Shown here: positions 44,833-54,464 of the stretch, in pieces
How positions within the stretch are numbered: position 1 is the stretch's first letter
How the letters are laid out: each line of letters begins with the position of its first letter
DNA from: an uncultured virus (IMG/VR IMGVR_UViG_3300032607_001050)
Lineage: Duplodnaviria; Heunggongvirae; Uroviricota; Caudoviricetes
Strand: one strand, 5' to 3'
IMG/VR virus record: IMGVR_UViG_3300032607_001050
DNA: 64,000 nt
Notes under the pieces: model-generated
The model's database searches: none
Told to the model about the DNA's origin: nothing
Seen by the model: only the letters and a program-made list of their open reading frames with translations
Translations under genes and position numbers: made by a program

Positions 44833-45141
44833 ATGGAAGTCTTTCGCCGGCTGTCAATTGTTTGGGTAGTATGCGGGGTCGCCCTCGGCTTGGCGACGTT
44901 GAGCGTGGCCCGCTACCCTATCTTTTCGTTTGTTGTCATGGCACTGCTGGTCGGGCCTCTCTTTGTGTCGATCCGCTGGCCTAGCAAGCTGGTGCTGATC
45001 TGGTTCGGGCTCTGGCTCGCATTCGTGATCACGACAAAACTGAGCGGCTCAGACTTCGAAACCTTGCTGGTCATCGTTCCCGGCGGCGCCCTAGTTTTCT
45101 GGGTCGCCTGCTGGGTAGTGGCCGGACTGTTCAAGAAATAA
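44833..45141 (+). CDS. Four-TM membrane protein
   Basis: Hydrophobic throughout; AGGAG upstream (start 44827 or 44833). Confidence 0.7.
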   Translation: MEVFRRLSIVWVVCGVALGLATLSVARYPIFSFVVMALLVGPLFVSIRWPSKLVLIWFGLWLAFVITTKLSGSDFETLLVIVPGGALVFWVACWVVAGLFKK

Positions 45142-45153
45142 CCAAGGAGCCCT

Positions 45154-45429
45154 ATGTTTTCCAACTTCCTGTTGGGCTCACTACGCATTACTGAGAATGC
45201 AAAAATCAAGCTCAAGCGCGTCCCGTACGACCTGATCTGTCGCCATGCTGTCAACGAGCATGGGCAGCTCAGCCGCCGGGAACTACGGCGCAATGAGATG
45301 TCAATGAAAACCATCGGGGAGATCACCTCGCGCTACATGGTGGACCCGACCAACCCGAGCCTGGGCTCGGTCGTGATCGTGACCACCGAGTCGTGGGATG
45401 AGACCCTTGTCAAACTGGAGGATGAATAG
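45154..45429 (+). CDS. Conserved MGE hypothetical protein
   Basis: AAGGAG RBS; RH...HG.L...E.R.NE...I.S.Y pattern. Confidence 0.7.
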   Translation: MFSNFLLGSLRITENAKIKLKRVPYDLICRHAVNEHGQLSRRELRRNEMSMKTIGEITSRYMVDPTNPSLGSVVIVTTESWDETLVKLEDE

Positions 45430-45567
45430 ATGTTTGCTTTTCTTTTCGCTGCAGCCAAGCTGCTGCGTGTCGTACTCGTCGTGCTGCGTGCAGCTGCGGG
45501 TATCCTGATCGTTGGCCACGGCACCTACCGCTGGGTCAAGAACAAGCGCCAGGACATGCTCGCCTGA
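45430..45567 (+). CDS. Small hydrophobic peptide (45 aa)
   Basis: MFAFLFAAAKLLRVVLVVLRAAAGILIVGHGTYRWVKNKRQDMLA; GGAGG RBS. Confidence 0.55.
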   Translation: MFAFLFAAAKLLRVVLVVLRAAAGILIVGHGTYRWVKNKRQDMLA

Positions 45568-45594
45568 CGCACAGCCACTGACGACTCACACTTC

Positions 45595-45620
45595 ACCGGC
45601 CATGCGCCGGTTTTTTATTT
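45595..45620 (+). terminator. Terminator ending the + arm
   Basis: ACCGGC-CATGC-GCCGGT followed by TTTTTATTT. Confidence 0.75.
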
Positions 45621-45654
45621 GCCCGCAGGGTATGGGGCGCGGGGGCTTACGTTT

Positions 45655-45772
45655 TCCATTCCAGACACGTAAACCTCCTTCTCTACACTATCACTATTTA
45701 TACTCTACTTATTACTACTTATTTTTATTCTAGCTTTTAAGAATGGAATGGAATAATAGATAAGGTATAGAG
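45655..45772. repeat. AT-rich element 2 (TCCATTCCA-N80-TGGAATGGA)
   Basis: Homologous to the element at 18652. Confidence 0.65.
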
Positions 45773-45795
45773 GTAAAGAGCATTACGCTCTTACG

Positions 45796-48700
45796 CTATT
45801 TCAGCGCCTGGGCATACAGGGCATGGAGAGGCAGCGCGTTAATGAGCGTTTTACCGCCCTCGTCGCGCAGACCATCCACAATCTGTTCGATCGCCGGGCC
45901 GCCCAAGCTGCTCGGATCGTGCATCGCATCCACACCAATCACGCCGACGCCGGCCAGTCCCGCGCGCTGGTAGCCGTGCATCAGCCAGTCACCGGCGTTC
46001 ATGCTGGCCATGTAAGGCGGCAGGCTGCCACCACCCTGCACAAGACCCTTCATCAAGTCAGCGGTGATCATGGTCGGGATGAACATCGCCAGTGCGCCGA
46101 CCGGTGCCATGTTGCCGTGCTTGAACTCGCTGACCGCGCGCTTCAAGATGGTCTGGTGGAACGAGTAGCTGAACTGCTTGAGGTGGCCGAACATCGTGAA
46201 GTTCGGGTCGCTCATCCACGCTGGCCGTTGGCCGGCGCTCGGTGTCAGGACTGCACCCTCAACCCAGCGCCCGAGCCCCCGGTGGATCAGCTCCATCTGC
46301 GCGGTGGCCTGCTCCAAGGTGATGCCCTTGAGCTTGGCCAGCTGGTGGCGGTTGGTCACGAGCTTGCCCTCGCCGTCCAGCGTGATCATGCTGGGGTCCA
46401 GCCCGATCTCTTTGAGCCAGCGCGCGCTGTGCGTCTTGTCCGGCAGACCAGCGTGCTTCTCGACAAAACGCACTGCCCACTTGGTGGCCTGAACGCGCAT
46501 GCCGCGGTTCCAGGCTTCCATGCCGTTGAACTTGAACATCTTGTCGTTGAGCTTCTTGGCACCGGGTGTCATGTAGACGCTGGCGTACTGGTCACTGGCG
46601 TGGTGGCTGAACATGGCAATCTCGGTCGCCCCGATGTGCTCGGCCAGCTGCTGCCACTCATCGGCTGCACGTTGTGGCGGCATGTCGCGGAAGGCGTCAC
46701 CCCAGGTGCGGAACACCTCGCGCATGCCGTAGACGAAACTCTCGTACGCGGCCTGCAGCGGCGCACCGCGGGCCATGATGCCCAGCGGGTCGACGAACGA
46801 GCTGAACAGGCTCATCGGCAGCAGGCGGATGTTTTGGTAGACCGCCATCCAGCTGTTGAACGAGCGCATGTTGGGCGACATGTCCTTGCCCAGCGTGCCC
46901 TCCATCGCGCCGGTGCTCTGGCTGATGTCGCGCATCTGGCGGGCAGACCACTCGATGCGCTGCTTCTCGCCCTTGATCTCGCCGCTCCTGAGCTTTTCGC
47001 GGGAGGCGGTGTCGATCTCTTTATCGACGCGCTTGAGCATCGAGTCGAGCAGCGTGCCGTTCTCGCCGAAGCGGCGGTGGTACTCGCTGGCCCGTGCGCC
47101 TTGGTGGAAGTAGCGCGTCAGGGTGTTGACCAGGTTCTTGTCGAGGAAGGCCTCTTTGTCGACGCCTTCGAGCCACGGCAGGGTGCGGCCCTCCTGAGAC
47201 GCGAAGAACGGGGCCAGCACACCGTCGGAGCGGCCGGCGGGCAGGTGAGCATCGACGCCCTCCTTGTCGACCAGGCTCTGCCAGATGCGCTCGGCAGCAG
47301 CAGCCGGGTCCTTCTGGTTCTTGCCCGCGAACTTGGTGTCAAGGTGCTGGGGGTACTTTGTTACCAGCATGGCGATGAACTCAGGCTTCTTGGCCAGCAG
47401 CGCACCGGCGCTCCACACCGTCGGGTAGTAGTTGTCGATCTTGCCGATGTTCAGGCCGGAATCGGTCATGTGTTCGTGGAAGCGCTCGAGCAGCACGCGG
47501 ATGGTCTTGACCGCTTCGCGGTGCTCGGTCAGCGGGATGGCTGCGAGCGTCGTGCCCTGCTGCAGGTACTTCTGCACCGACAGCTGGTCGCCCTCGGCCA
47601 TGTCCTTGAAGGTGGACTGCGCCACGTTGTTGTACTTCATCGAGACCCGGCGCTGGGCGTTGAGCAGGCCCTCGCCCTCGGTGCCGTGGGCCTCGTCGCC
47701 CGGGTTGGTGTAGAACATCGTGCTGAGCTTGCGCGCCGCCGGGCTGGCGCTCCTGCCTAGAATCTCACCGGCCGGGAAGGTCAGCGCTGCCACGCCCTGA
47801 ATCAGGCCGTCGAGCTTGCGGCGGACTTTCATCGCGTTGCCGCCAGCATCCATCGCCTTGGCAATGACCTGGCCCGCAGCTGATGGCGTGCTCATCTTGC
47901 CATTGTCAAAAGCCTGGAAGATTGCCAGCGCGCGCTCGGAGTCGCGCACCTTGCCCAGCACGGCACGGAAGAACTTGCCGATCTTCTGCAGCCACGTATT
48001 GGCCGTGGCGTCCACCGTCAGCAGACCGGCTTTCCAGAACTGGTAGGTGTAGGCAAGCCGCTCTTCGCCGCTGGTGAGCTGGGCCTGCGCGGCAGGGTAG
48101 CCGGCGAGCAGGTCGTGGAGCTTTTTCAGGTGCTTCGGGTCGTTGATGAGGTTCTCGAACACGACCTGCAGCTTGGGGTTGCTGCGCACGTACTGGGCAA
48201 AGAACTTGTGCAGCGCCTCGTGGTACAGGGTGTTCATCGTGCCGGCAGCAGCTGTGGTGCTGAGGATGATGGTGTTGGTGGCCTCGATGAACTCGCCCGA
48301 GTGGCCGGTGATGTCCTTGAACAGCACGGTAACGCCGCCCTTGCCGAACAGTTTGTCGGCGTAGGCCACGGCCTCGTCCATCTCGGCCTGAGTAGCGACG
48401 CGGGCGTTGCCGGGGCTTTGCTGGTTGAAGTGAACGTAGTTGGTGCTGATCTTGGCGTCGTCGTAGATCACGTAGTTCGGCTCGGCGTCGTTCCTGCCGC
48501 CCTCGGCCGCGTACTTGTGACCGAGGATGCCGAGGGACTGGAGGTAGTCGGAGACTTTGGCCTGGGAGCCCAAGTCGAAGGTCAGCCTGTTGTAGAACAG
48601 TCCTGCGTCCTGCCGAATTTTGCCCATGCCGTTGACAAACAAGTCCGCAGCATCTCGTATTTTTGCGTCAGGGGAAGACAGTAGTTTGCTCGTGGCCTTC

Positions 48701-51700
48701 TGCACCAGATCACTCTGCTGCTCAAACGGCGCGTTCCAGTCCAGCAGCTGCTCGGCCGGGATGTCCACGGAGACTTCGTAGGTGGGGGACAGGCTTTTTT
48801 CTTTGTGCGAAAACCGCGTCAGGTCAAGGCCTTTGACCTCGTCGATGGTGGACTCCACGTTGAGATACCCCTCGATCACAGACCGGTCGCCCGGGTCAGT
48901 AAACACCTTAAACAGCGCTTCTTTATCGACCCGGCTTCGCGTGTCGAAGTAGTTGCCGTTTTTGTCATAAGCGCGGTTGTCCATTCCGGCAGCCACCATC
49001 AGGGCTTCTGCGTTAGCGCGTATCGCATCAGCTTCGCCGGGAGCAAAGTCCTCATCCTCCAGATAATCAAAAGCCTGCGTCATGCTCTCCGACTTGTCGT
49101 ACACCATGTTCTCGAAGGCGCTGTCCGCATCCGTGATAGCGTCCTTCAGCACTGCCTGCCGGAGCGTTTCCCCCAGGAGCGACCTGTCTCGGTACATCTG
49201 TGTCAAAACACTTCGTTCAGCCAGGCTCAGCTTCTTGTATTTGGCGCTCTTGTTCCAAGGGGTAGCGACGTCTTCGCCATCTATCTCGACGGTGTTTTCG
49301 CCGCCGCCGACCTGCGCAGTGAAATCGCGCTTGTACGATTTATGCACGCCCTCGGCTGTACTCAGGTACGTCCCCGCACCGAACGCAGCGTTGCCCTCGC
49401 CCTTGCCCTGGTGTTTACGCCAGTCGAACTTCCCCTCGTGCTTGATCGGCGAGTCGTGGGTGGCAGCAAAGCCGCTGCGGCCCAGGCTGGCGTGAATCTG
49501 GTTGGCCATCGCGTTGAGCTTGCGGCCACCGGAATCGGCGAGGGAGACTTTGCCCGGCGTCCACACCCCCGGCTTCGACTCGGCGTAGCCGTTGACGGTA
49601 AGAAACTCAGCCACCTGACGCTCGCCGACGTTGTGGTCGCGGCCATTGCGAGCCAGCGGCACGTCGGTGATGAGGGTAGCACCTGCATCGGTCGCCCGCT
49701 TGATCTCGGCAAAGTCTGGGTCGATTCGCCCACCACGCTTGCCTTCAGCACTGATGAACACAGAGTCGTCGGCAGCGTAAACACCGGTGTTGGCCCGGCT
49801 GCCCCACTTCTTGGCGTACAGGGCCGTGCTCGATGCTGCCGATCCCCGCCCGATGAACTTGTTGGCTCGGTCGCTCTTGGCCTGGTCTTTGGGTGCAAAC
49901 TGAGTGGTGCCGCCGAGGTCAACTCCCCCAAGTGGCTTTCCCAAACCTGCGGCTACCTCCTTGGCGACCGGCTCCGCTTTGGCAGCGATCGGTGCCGAGG
50001 CCGGTTTCGTGGCGACGCCCACCCGTGTCTGGGTCTTGACCGGGTTGGAGTTCTTCGGCGAGACGTAGGCGTTGAGCTTGTCGATGTCGACCGGGCCGCG
50101 CTCGATCAGCAGCGCCTGCATCTTTTTCAGGTCGTTGGGCACGCCGAGCTGCGCGGTCAGCTTGTCAAGGTGAGAGCTGGAAATCTCGTTCTCACCGTTA
50201 GCCGCGCGGATCAGTACTGTCAGCGCCGCGCGCTTCATGCCGTCCACCATGTTCGGCGCTGCGCCCTGCTTGATGAACCGGGCCACGTTGCCCGGCGCAA
50301 TGAGGTTGATGATTGGCGCGATCTGGTAGGCGTCGTCCACCAGCCCTGACGGGTTGTACCTGCCCTCGTTCATCGCCATGCGCAGGTGACTCATGATGAG
50401 GTCGCGGCCCATGCGCGGGTCGTCCATCATCAGCTTGGTGATTTTCTCGGCGGTGCGCTTGGCCGCGCTCATGGCGGCCATCTTGGTCTTGGGCGGTGTG
50501 AAGCCCTGCCCCATCTGCTCTGTCAGGTACTGCTGGTCGTCGAAGTCGCCGGCCATCTCGCCGTCTTTGCGCGGCGGAAAGAAGTCGAGTTCGGTGGCGT
50601 CATCGTCGCCGGTCTTGGCACGCGCCGAGGTTTGCCCCGACCGGTCGGCGGTCAGACGGTTGCCTGCCGAATCTGTTGACCGGGTGTTCTCGAGCTGCCT
50701 GCCGTCCTTTGAGACATACGGTGCCTTGGCAATCCGGCTTATCTCTGCATCGAATTCGTCCGACACTACCCCGTCGGCGTCGGCGGGTAGGCGTGCGCTT
50801 TGGGTCTCCTTGGAACGTAGCTCCAAGCCTTGGCCGCCGGGCTGGCGCTCTTCTAGCGGGTCGGCCACGAACGGGTCTTCACCACGCTCCTGGTCCGCGC
50901 CCACCTTTTCTTGGTCGGCGCCCTGGAACTTCTGCAGGTCGCCCTGCCCGAACTTGGCCTGCTTCTTGGCGCGGCGCTCGGCCGTCAGCCGCTCGCCCTC
51001 GGCCTGCAAGCCCTTGGCCAGACGCAGCGACGGCGGGACGCCATCGGCAAAGCTCTCGGCCTCGCCGCCTTCGTTCAGCTTGTAGGGCCACAGTGCGCGC
51101 TTTTGCTCGTCGCTCATACCCTTGGTCGGGGCGGCGACCAGCCCGCTGTCCATGATGGCAGCCACCGCTGAAGCCACCGCCTTGCGGTAGGAGGTGTTCT
51201 TCTGCGCGTCGGAAAAGCTCTCTTCCTTGCCCGGCTTCTCCATCTTGCCTTGCTGCTGCTTGGCCCACATGACCAGCTTGCCGGCCGGGATCGCTACGTC
51301 TGGGCCGGGCTTGCCATCTTTGTCGGGCTTGCCGGCGAACACGATGACGTTGGCCGCTGAGGTCAGCTCGTCTTCCATACGCTCGTCGACCACGCCATTG
51401 ACCAGCGCGTTCTTGCGCGCCCAGTCCAGCGCATCTCTGCCAGCCAGGCTCATTGTGCGCAGCTCGGTAAAGGTGATCTTTTCGGGCACCGATTCACTGA
51501 GCTTTTCGCCAACCACCACGTAGCGGTTCTTGAAGAACTTCTCGGCAGTCTCGCGCACTTCCTTACGCTCAGCCGGCGTGGTGCGGTACGACTGGCCCTG
51601 ACGGGTCTTGCCCTTGTTGTCCTGCATCTCAATCAGGTCGACGATCATCTTGCCGGCCAGCCCCGAGATGCGGGCAGCTGCGCGCTTTTCTTCAGGACTG

Positions 51701-54456
51701 AGTGCCGAGTCGTGGTAGCCGGCGTGGGCGTAGTCACGGAAAATCTGCAGCATCTTGCCCTCTTGCGCGCCCGTGGCCTTCAGCACGTCGTACGCTGAGC
51801 GCGCCTCGATCTGGTAGTTGTCGTGGTCAGGGTACTCGGAGTCTTCGGCGAGCTGCGCCTTGACGTCGGCGATCTTCTTGGCGATTGCATCGCCCTTTCC
51901 ACCGAACAGCTGCTGACCCAGCTTGAACAGCCTCGGGCGACTGGCTACGCCGTTGGCATCAGGCTCGCCGGTTTCGCCGAACGGCTCGCTCTTTTCGAGA
52001 CCCTCTTGGCGTATCTTGGCCTCGCCGTGAAAGGCATACAGCTTTTCGCCGGTGCCCTTGGCGAGGTTTTTCTCGGCGGCGTTCTTCTCGAAGCGGGTGA
52101 TGCCCTCGTTCTGGTCATCATCGGCGTTCGGATCTTCGCTCTCCTCGGTGACACTCTGACTACGATCATCGACTACAGAGCCGACCTGTTCGCGCTCGTC
52201 CTGGCCGTTGAGCATGGTCATCACTGCGTCGACGCCGTCCTTGCCGGAGTACTGGTCCAGCACCTTGCGCATGGCAGTCGACCGCTCGGTGCCGATGCCG
52301 TCGGCGTAGTCTTCCAGCTGTTTGAGTACCAGGGCGGCCTGCCTCGGCTCGTGCAGGTTGATGCCCTGATCGAGCAGCTTCTTGCGCTCGGCCACACCGA
52401 GCATCCCGACCACCTGGTCGGCCAGCGCGGCGCGGTTGTCAGCGATGTACTTGCGCCCGCCCGGAGCTACCTGTTTCTCCAGCTCAGCGACCATGTGGTT
52501 GACAGCTTCGCCGGCGTTGGGGCCGAGGATCGAGCCGAGCTGCTGCAGCACCGCAGGGGCCTTGCTGCCGTAGATGTCGTGGAAGTCCGCCACCACACGG
52601 TTCATGCGAACCACCCGTGCGGTGATGCCGGCATTGCCCATCACCTCAGCGCCGCCGGTGTCGGTGGAGTCGATCATCTCGGCGAGGTTGAACGCCAGCT
52701 GGCGGGCCAGCTTGCCTGCGCCCGGGCTGCGCAGCTTGCCGCGCTGGGCCATGTCGGCGGCGTAGCTGCCGGCCAGATCGGCACGCTGGTTGAACTCGAC
52801 GGCCTTGTTGTACGACGCGCCTTTGTCCAGCGCTTGGTCGGCAGCTTTCTGCCCGTCGACTCCGTAGTGGTTGTCGCGCCAGGCCATGAACGACTCTTCA
52901 GCTGGCTCGTTGCTCTGCATGTTCTTCTTGCTCATGCCGTCTTTGACGCCGCTGATCACAGCCTTGCCGAAGCCCAGCGCACCCTTGCCCGCAGTCACCG
53001 CGCCCTTGCCGACGACGGTGCCGGCCGCGCCTAAGACTTTGCCAGCGACTTCGCCGATGCCGTTGATCTTCTCGCTGCGTTCGTTGCCGCGGCCGTAGGG
53101 CATGCGCTCCATGATGAAGTTGGCCGCCTCCTCAAACACCGGCAGCTGGTCGCCGTCGTTCTCCTGCACCGCGACAATCTTGTCGAACATGGCGTTGGCT
53201 TCGGGGTCGTCCATGGCCTGCAGCTTGTCGATGATGAGCTTGTCGCGCTTGATGTCGTTCTGCACCATCCACTCGCCGGCCTTGATGTCGTCCAGACCTC
53301 CGGGCATGTTGGCCATCAAGATGTCTTGTTCTTCGTTCGGGGCTCGGGGCGCAGGCTTCATCAGGTCCTGCGCGCCCTCGGTCAGCTTGTCCATCAGGCT
53401 CTTGGAGTAGTCCGCGGCGCCCTGCGCCTTGAGGTCAACCACCTGGCCGCGCACGGTATCCTTGGCGCTGTCGATGTAGGGCTGGGCCGCTTTCGTGGCG
53501 CTGTCGATGTAGGGCTGGGCCGTCCTCTGGGCCAAGTCGATGACCTCGCCGGCTTTTTTACCCAGCGTCTCGGCGGTGTCGCCCACGCGGCGGTAACCGG
53601 CGTCGGCGTAAGCACCGGCAGCGGTGAATGGGACGGCACCGGCGAAACCACCGGCGAAGCTGTTGATGTTCTCGGAGAAGTCGCCGCTGGTGTTGCGGTT
53701 CGGGTTGAGCAGGCCCTGCGTGAACTGCGAGCCCATCGACTGGCCGGTCTCGGTCAAGCCCTCGCCTGCCAAGCCCAAGATGGTCTTCGTTCCCGGACCC
53801 ATGGCGCTGAGACCCTTGCGCAGGCCAGCACCCGTCAGCTGGCGGCCGACCATGCCCGGCAGTACGGTGTCCAGCGCACCAGCACCTGCGCCGTAGAGGT
53901 TGGCCGTGTTGCGCAGCTCGGTGGGCGACGTGCGCGCCATCAGTTCGGTGTCGCGGTAGGCCTCGTTGGCGAACTCGCCCGTCATCTGGCGCTGGTTCAT
54001 CAGGAAAGGCACGGCCAGTGACGCGGCCTGACCGACGGCGCCGATACCCTTGGCGATAGGGAAAGGGAGTGCGCCGACCGCGCGGCTGACACCACCGATG
54101 GCCGCGCTGGCTGCCAGTGGGTCGGTCATGGACGCCACGCCCTGCCCGATCTGGCCACCGGCCCAGCGCAGGCCGGAGCCGACACCGGTGATGTCCTCGA
54201 CCTTGCCGACGGCGGGCGCATACATCTGCTGGCGCTGCCCGAGAGCGTCAACCTGTCCGCGCAGGCTGTCCGCCCGGGCGATGTCGCCAGCGGCGCGCAC
54301 ATTGAGCTCTTCGGCTGCCAGCGCGTTCATGTCGTTGCCGATACGGCCGGATGCAAAGCCGCGGCCGACGTCGGTCATTCCCGAGGCGTCGAGTGCCTCC
54401 AGGTCTTGCGGGGTGACTGAGGATTGGCGAAACAGGGGGTCGCGGAGGGTGGCCAT
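45796..54456 (-). CDS. Giant polyvalent internal virion protein (ART-like and zincin-like domains)
   Basis: 2886 aa; THDSP..FD...GKGEG.AAFG.GTY...NYVIYDD ART-PolyVal-like motifs; HEALH...EERLA metallopeptidase motif. Confidence 0.75.
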   Translation of the reverse strand: MATLRDPLFRQSSVTPQDLEALDASGMTDVGRGFASGRIGNDMNALAAEELNVRAAGDIARADSLRGQVDALGQRQQMYAPAVGKVEDITGVGSGLRWAGGQIGQGVASMTDPLAASAAIGGVSRAVGALPFPIAKGIGAVGQAASLAVPFLMNQRQMTGEFANEAYRDTELMARTSPTELRNTANLYGAGAGALDTVLPGMVGRQLTGAGLRKGLSAMGPGTKTILGLAGEGLTETGQSMGSQFTQGLLNPNRNTSGDFSENINSFAGGFAGAVPFTAAGAYADAGYRRVGDTAETLGKKAGEVIDLAQRTAQPYIDSATKAAQPYIDSAKDTVRGQVVDLKAQGAADYSKSLMDKLTEGAQDLMKPAPRAPNEEQDILMANMPGGLDDIKAGEWMVQNDIKRDKLIIDKLQAMDDPEANAMFDKIVAVQENDGDQLPVFEEAANFIMERMPYGRGNERSEKINGIGEVAGKVLGAAGTVVGKGAVTAGKGALGFGKAVISGVKDGMSKKNMQSNEPAEESFMAWRDNHYGVDGQKAADQALDKGASYNKAVEFNQRADLAGSYAADMAQRGKLRSPGAGKLARQLAFNLAEMIDSTDTGGAEVMGNAGITARVVRMNRVVADFHDIYGSKAPAVLQQLGSILGPNAGEAVNHMVAELEKQVAPGGRKYIADNRAALADQVVGMLGVAERKKLLDQGINLHEPRQAALVLKQLEDYADGIGTERSTAMRKVLDQYSGKDGVDAVMTMLNGQDEREQVGSVVDDRSQSVTEESEDPNADDDQNEGITRFEKNAAEKNLAKGTGEKLYAFHGEAKIRQEGLEKSEPFGETGEPDANGVASRPRLFKLGQQLFGGKGDAIAKKIADVKAQLAEDSEYPDHDNYQIEARSAYDVLKATGAQEGKMLQIFRDYAHAGYHDSALSPEEKRAAARISGLAGKMIVDLIEMQDNKGKTRQGQSYRTTPAERKEVRETAEKFFKNRYVVVGEKLSESVPEKITFTELRTMSLAGRDALDWARKNALVNGVVDERMEDELTSAANVIVFAGKPDKDGKPGPDVAIPAGKLVMWAKQQQGKMEKPGKEESFSDAQKNTSYRKAVASAVAAIMDSGLVAAPTKGMSDEQKRALWPYKLNEGGEAESFADGVPPSLRLAKGLQAEGERLTAERRAKKQAKFGQGDLQKFQGADQEKVGADQERGEDPFVADPLEERQPGGQGLELRSKETQSARLPADADGVVSDEFDAEISRIAKAPYVSKDGRQLENTRSTDSAGNRLTADRSGQTSARAKTGDDDATELDFFPPRKDGEMAGDFDDQQYLTEQMGQGFTPPKTKMAAMSAAKRTAEKITKLMMDDPRMGRDLIMSHLRMAMNEGRYNPSGLVDDAYQIAPIINLIAPGNVARFIKQGAAPNMVDGMKRAALTVLIRAANGENEISSSHLDKLTAQLGVPNDLKKMQALLIERGPVDIDKLNAYVSPKNSNPVKTQTRVGVATKPASAPIAAKAEPVAKEVAAGLGKPLGGVDLGGTTQFAPKDQAKSDRANKFIGRGSAASSTALYAKKWGSRANTGVYAADDSVFISAEGKRGGRIDPDFAEIKRATDAGATLITDVPLARNGRDHNVGERQVAEFLTVNGYAESKPGVWTPGKVSLADSGGRKLNAMANQIHASLGRSGFAATHDSPIKHEGKFDWRKHQGKGEGNAAFGAGTYLSTAEGVHKSYKRDFTAQVGGGENTVEIDGEDVATPWNKSAKYKKLSLAERSVLTQMYRDRSLLGETLRQAVLKDAITDADSAFENMVYDKSESMTQAFDYLEDEDFAPGEADAIRANAEALMVAAGMDNRAYDKNGNYFDTRSRVDKEALFKVFTDPGDRSVIEGYLNVESTIDEVKGLDLTRFSHKEKSLSPTYEVSVDIPAEQLLDWNAPFEQQSDLVQKATSKLLSSPDAKIRDAADLFVNGMGKIRQDAGLFYNRLTFDLGSQAKVSDYLQSLGILGHKYAAEGGRNDAEPNYVIYDDAKISTNYVHFNQQSPGNARVATQAEMDEAVAYADKLFGKGGVTVLFKDITGHSGEFIEATNTIILSTTAAAGTMNTLYHEALHKFFAQYVRSNPKLQVVFENLINDPKHLKKLHDLLAGYPAAQAQLTSGEERLAYTYQFWKAGLLTVDATANTWLQKIGKFFRAVLGKVRDSERALAIFQAFDNGKMSTPSAAGQVIAKAMDAGGNAMKVRRKLDGLIQGVAALTFPAGEILGRSASPAARKLSTMFYTNPGDEAHGTEGEGLLNAQRRVSMKYNNVAQSTFKDMAEGDQLSVQKYLQQGTTLAAIPLTEHREAVKTIRVLLERFHEHMTDSGLNIGKIDNYYPTVWSAGALLAKKPEFIAMLVTKYPQHLDTKFAGKNQKDPAAAAERIWQSLVDKEGVDAHLPAGRSDGVLAPFFASQEGRTLPWLEGVDKEAFLDKNLVNTLTRYFHQGARASEYHRRFGENGTLLDSMLKRVDKEIDTASREKLRSGEIKGEKQRIEWSARQMRDISQSTGAMEGTLGKDMSPNMRSFNSWMAVYQNIRLLPMSLFSSFVDPLGIMARGAPLQAAYESFVYGMREVFRTWGDAFRDMPPQRAADEWQQLAEHIGATEIAMFSHHASDQYASVYMTPGAKKLNDKMFKFNGMEAWNRGMRVQATKWAVRFVEKHAGLPDKTHSARWLKEIGLDPSMITLDGEGKLVTNRHQLAKLKGITLEQATAQMELIHRGLGRWVEGAVLTPSAGQRPAWMSDPNFTMFGHLKQFSYSFHQTILKRAVSEFKHGNMAPVGALAMFIPTMITADLMKGLVQGGGSLPPYMASMNAGDWLMHGYQRAGLAGVGVIGVDAMHDPSSLGGPAIEQIVDGLRDEGGKTLINALPLHALYAQALK
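53463..53522 (-). repeat. 27-bp direct repeat (AQPYIDSA x2)
   Basis: TGGCGCTGTCGATGTAGGGCTGGGCCG at 53463 and 53496. Confidence 0.85.
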
Positions 54457-54464
54457 GAATGTCC

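Noticed and set aside
45796..54456. N4- or crAss-like virion RNA polymerase
   Set aside because: No single-subunit RNAP motifs or DxDxD double-psi motif recognised; ART-like and zincin motifs found instead (profile search needed to exclude fully)
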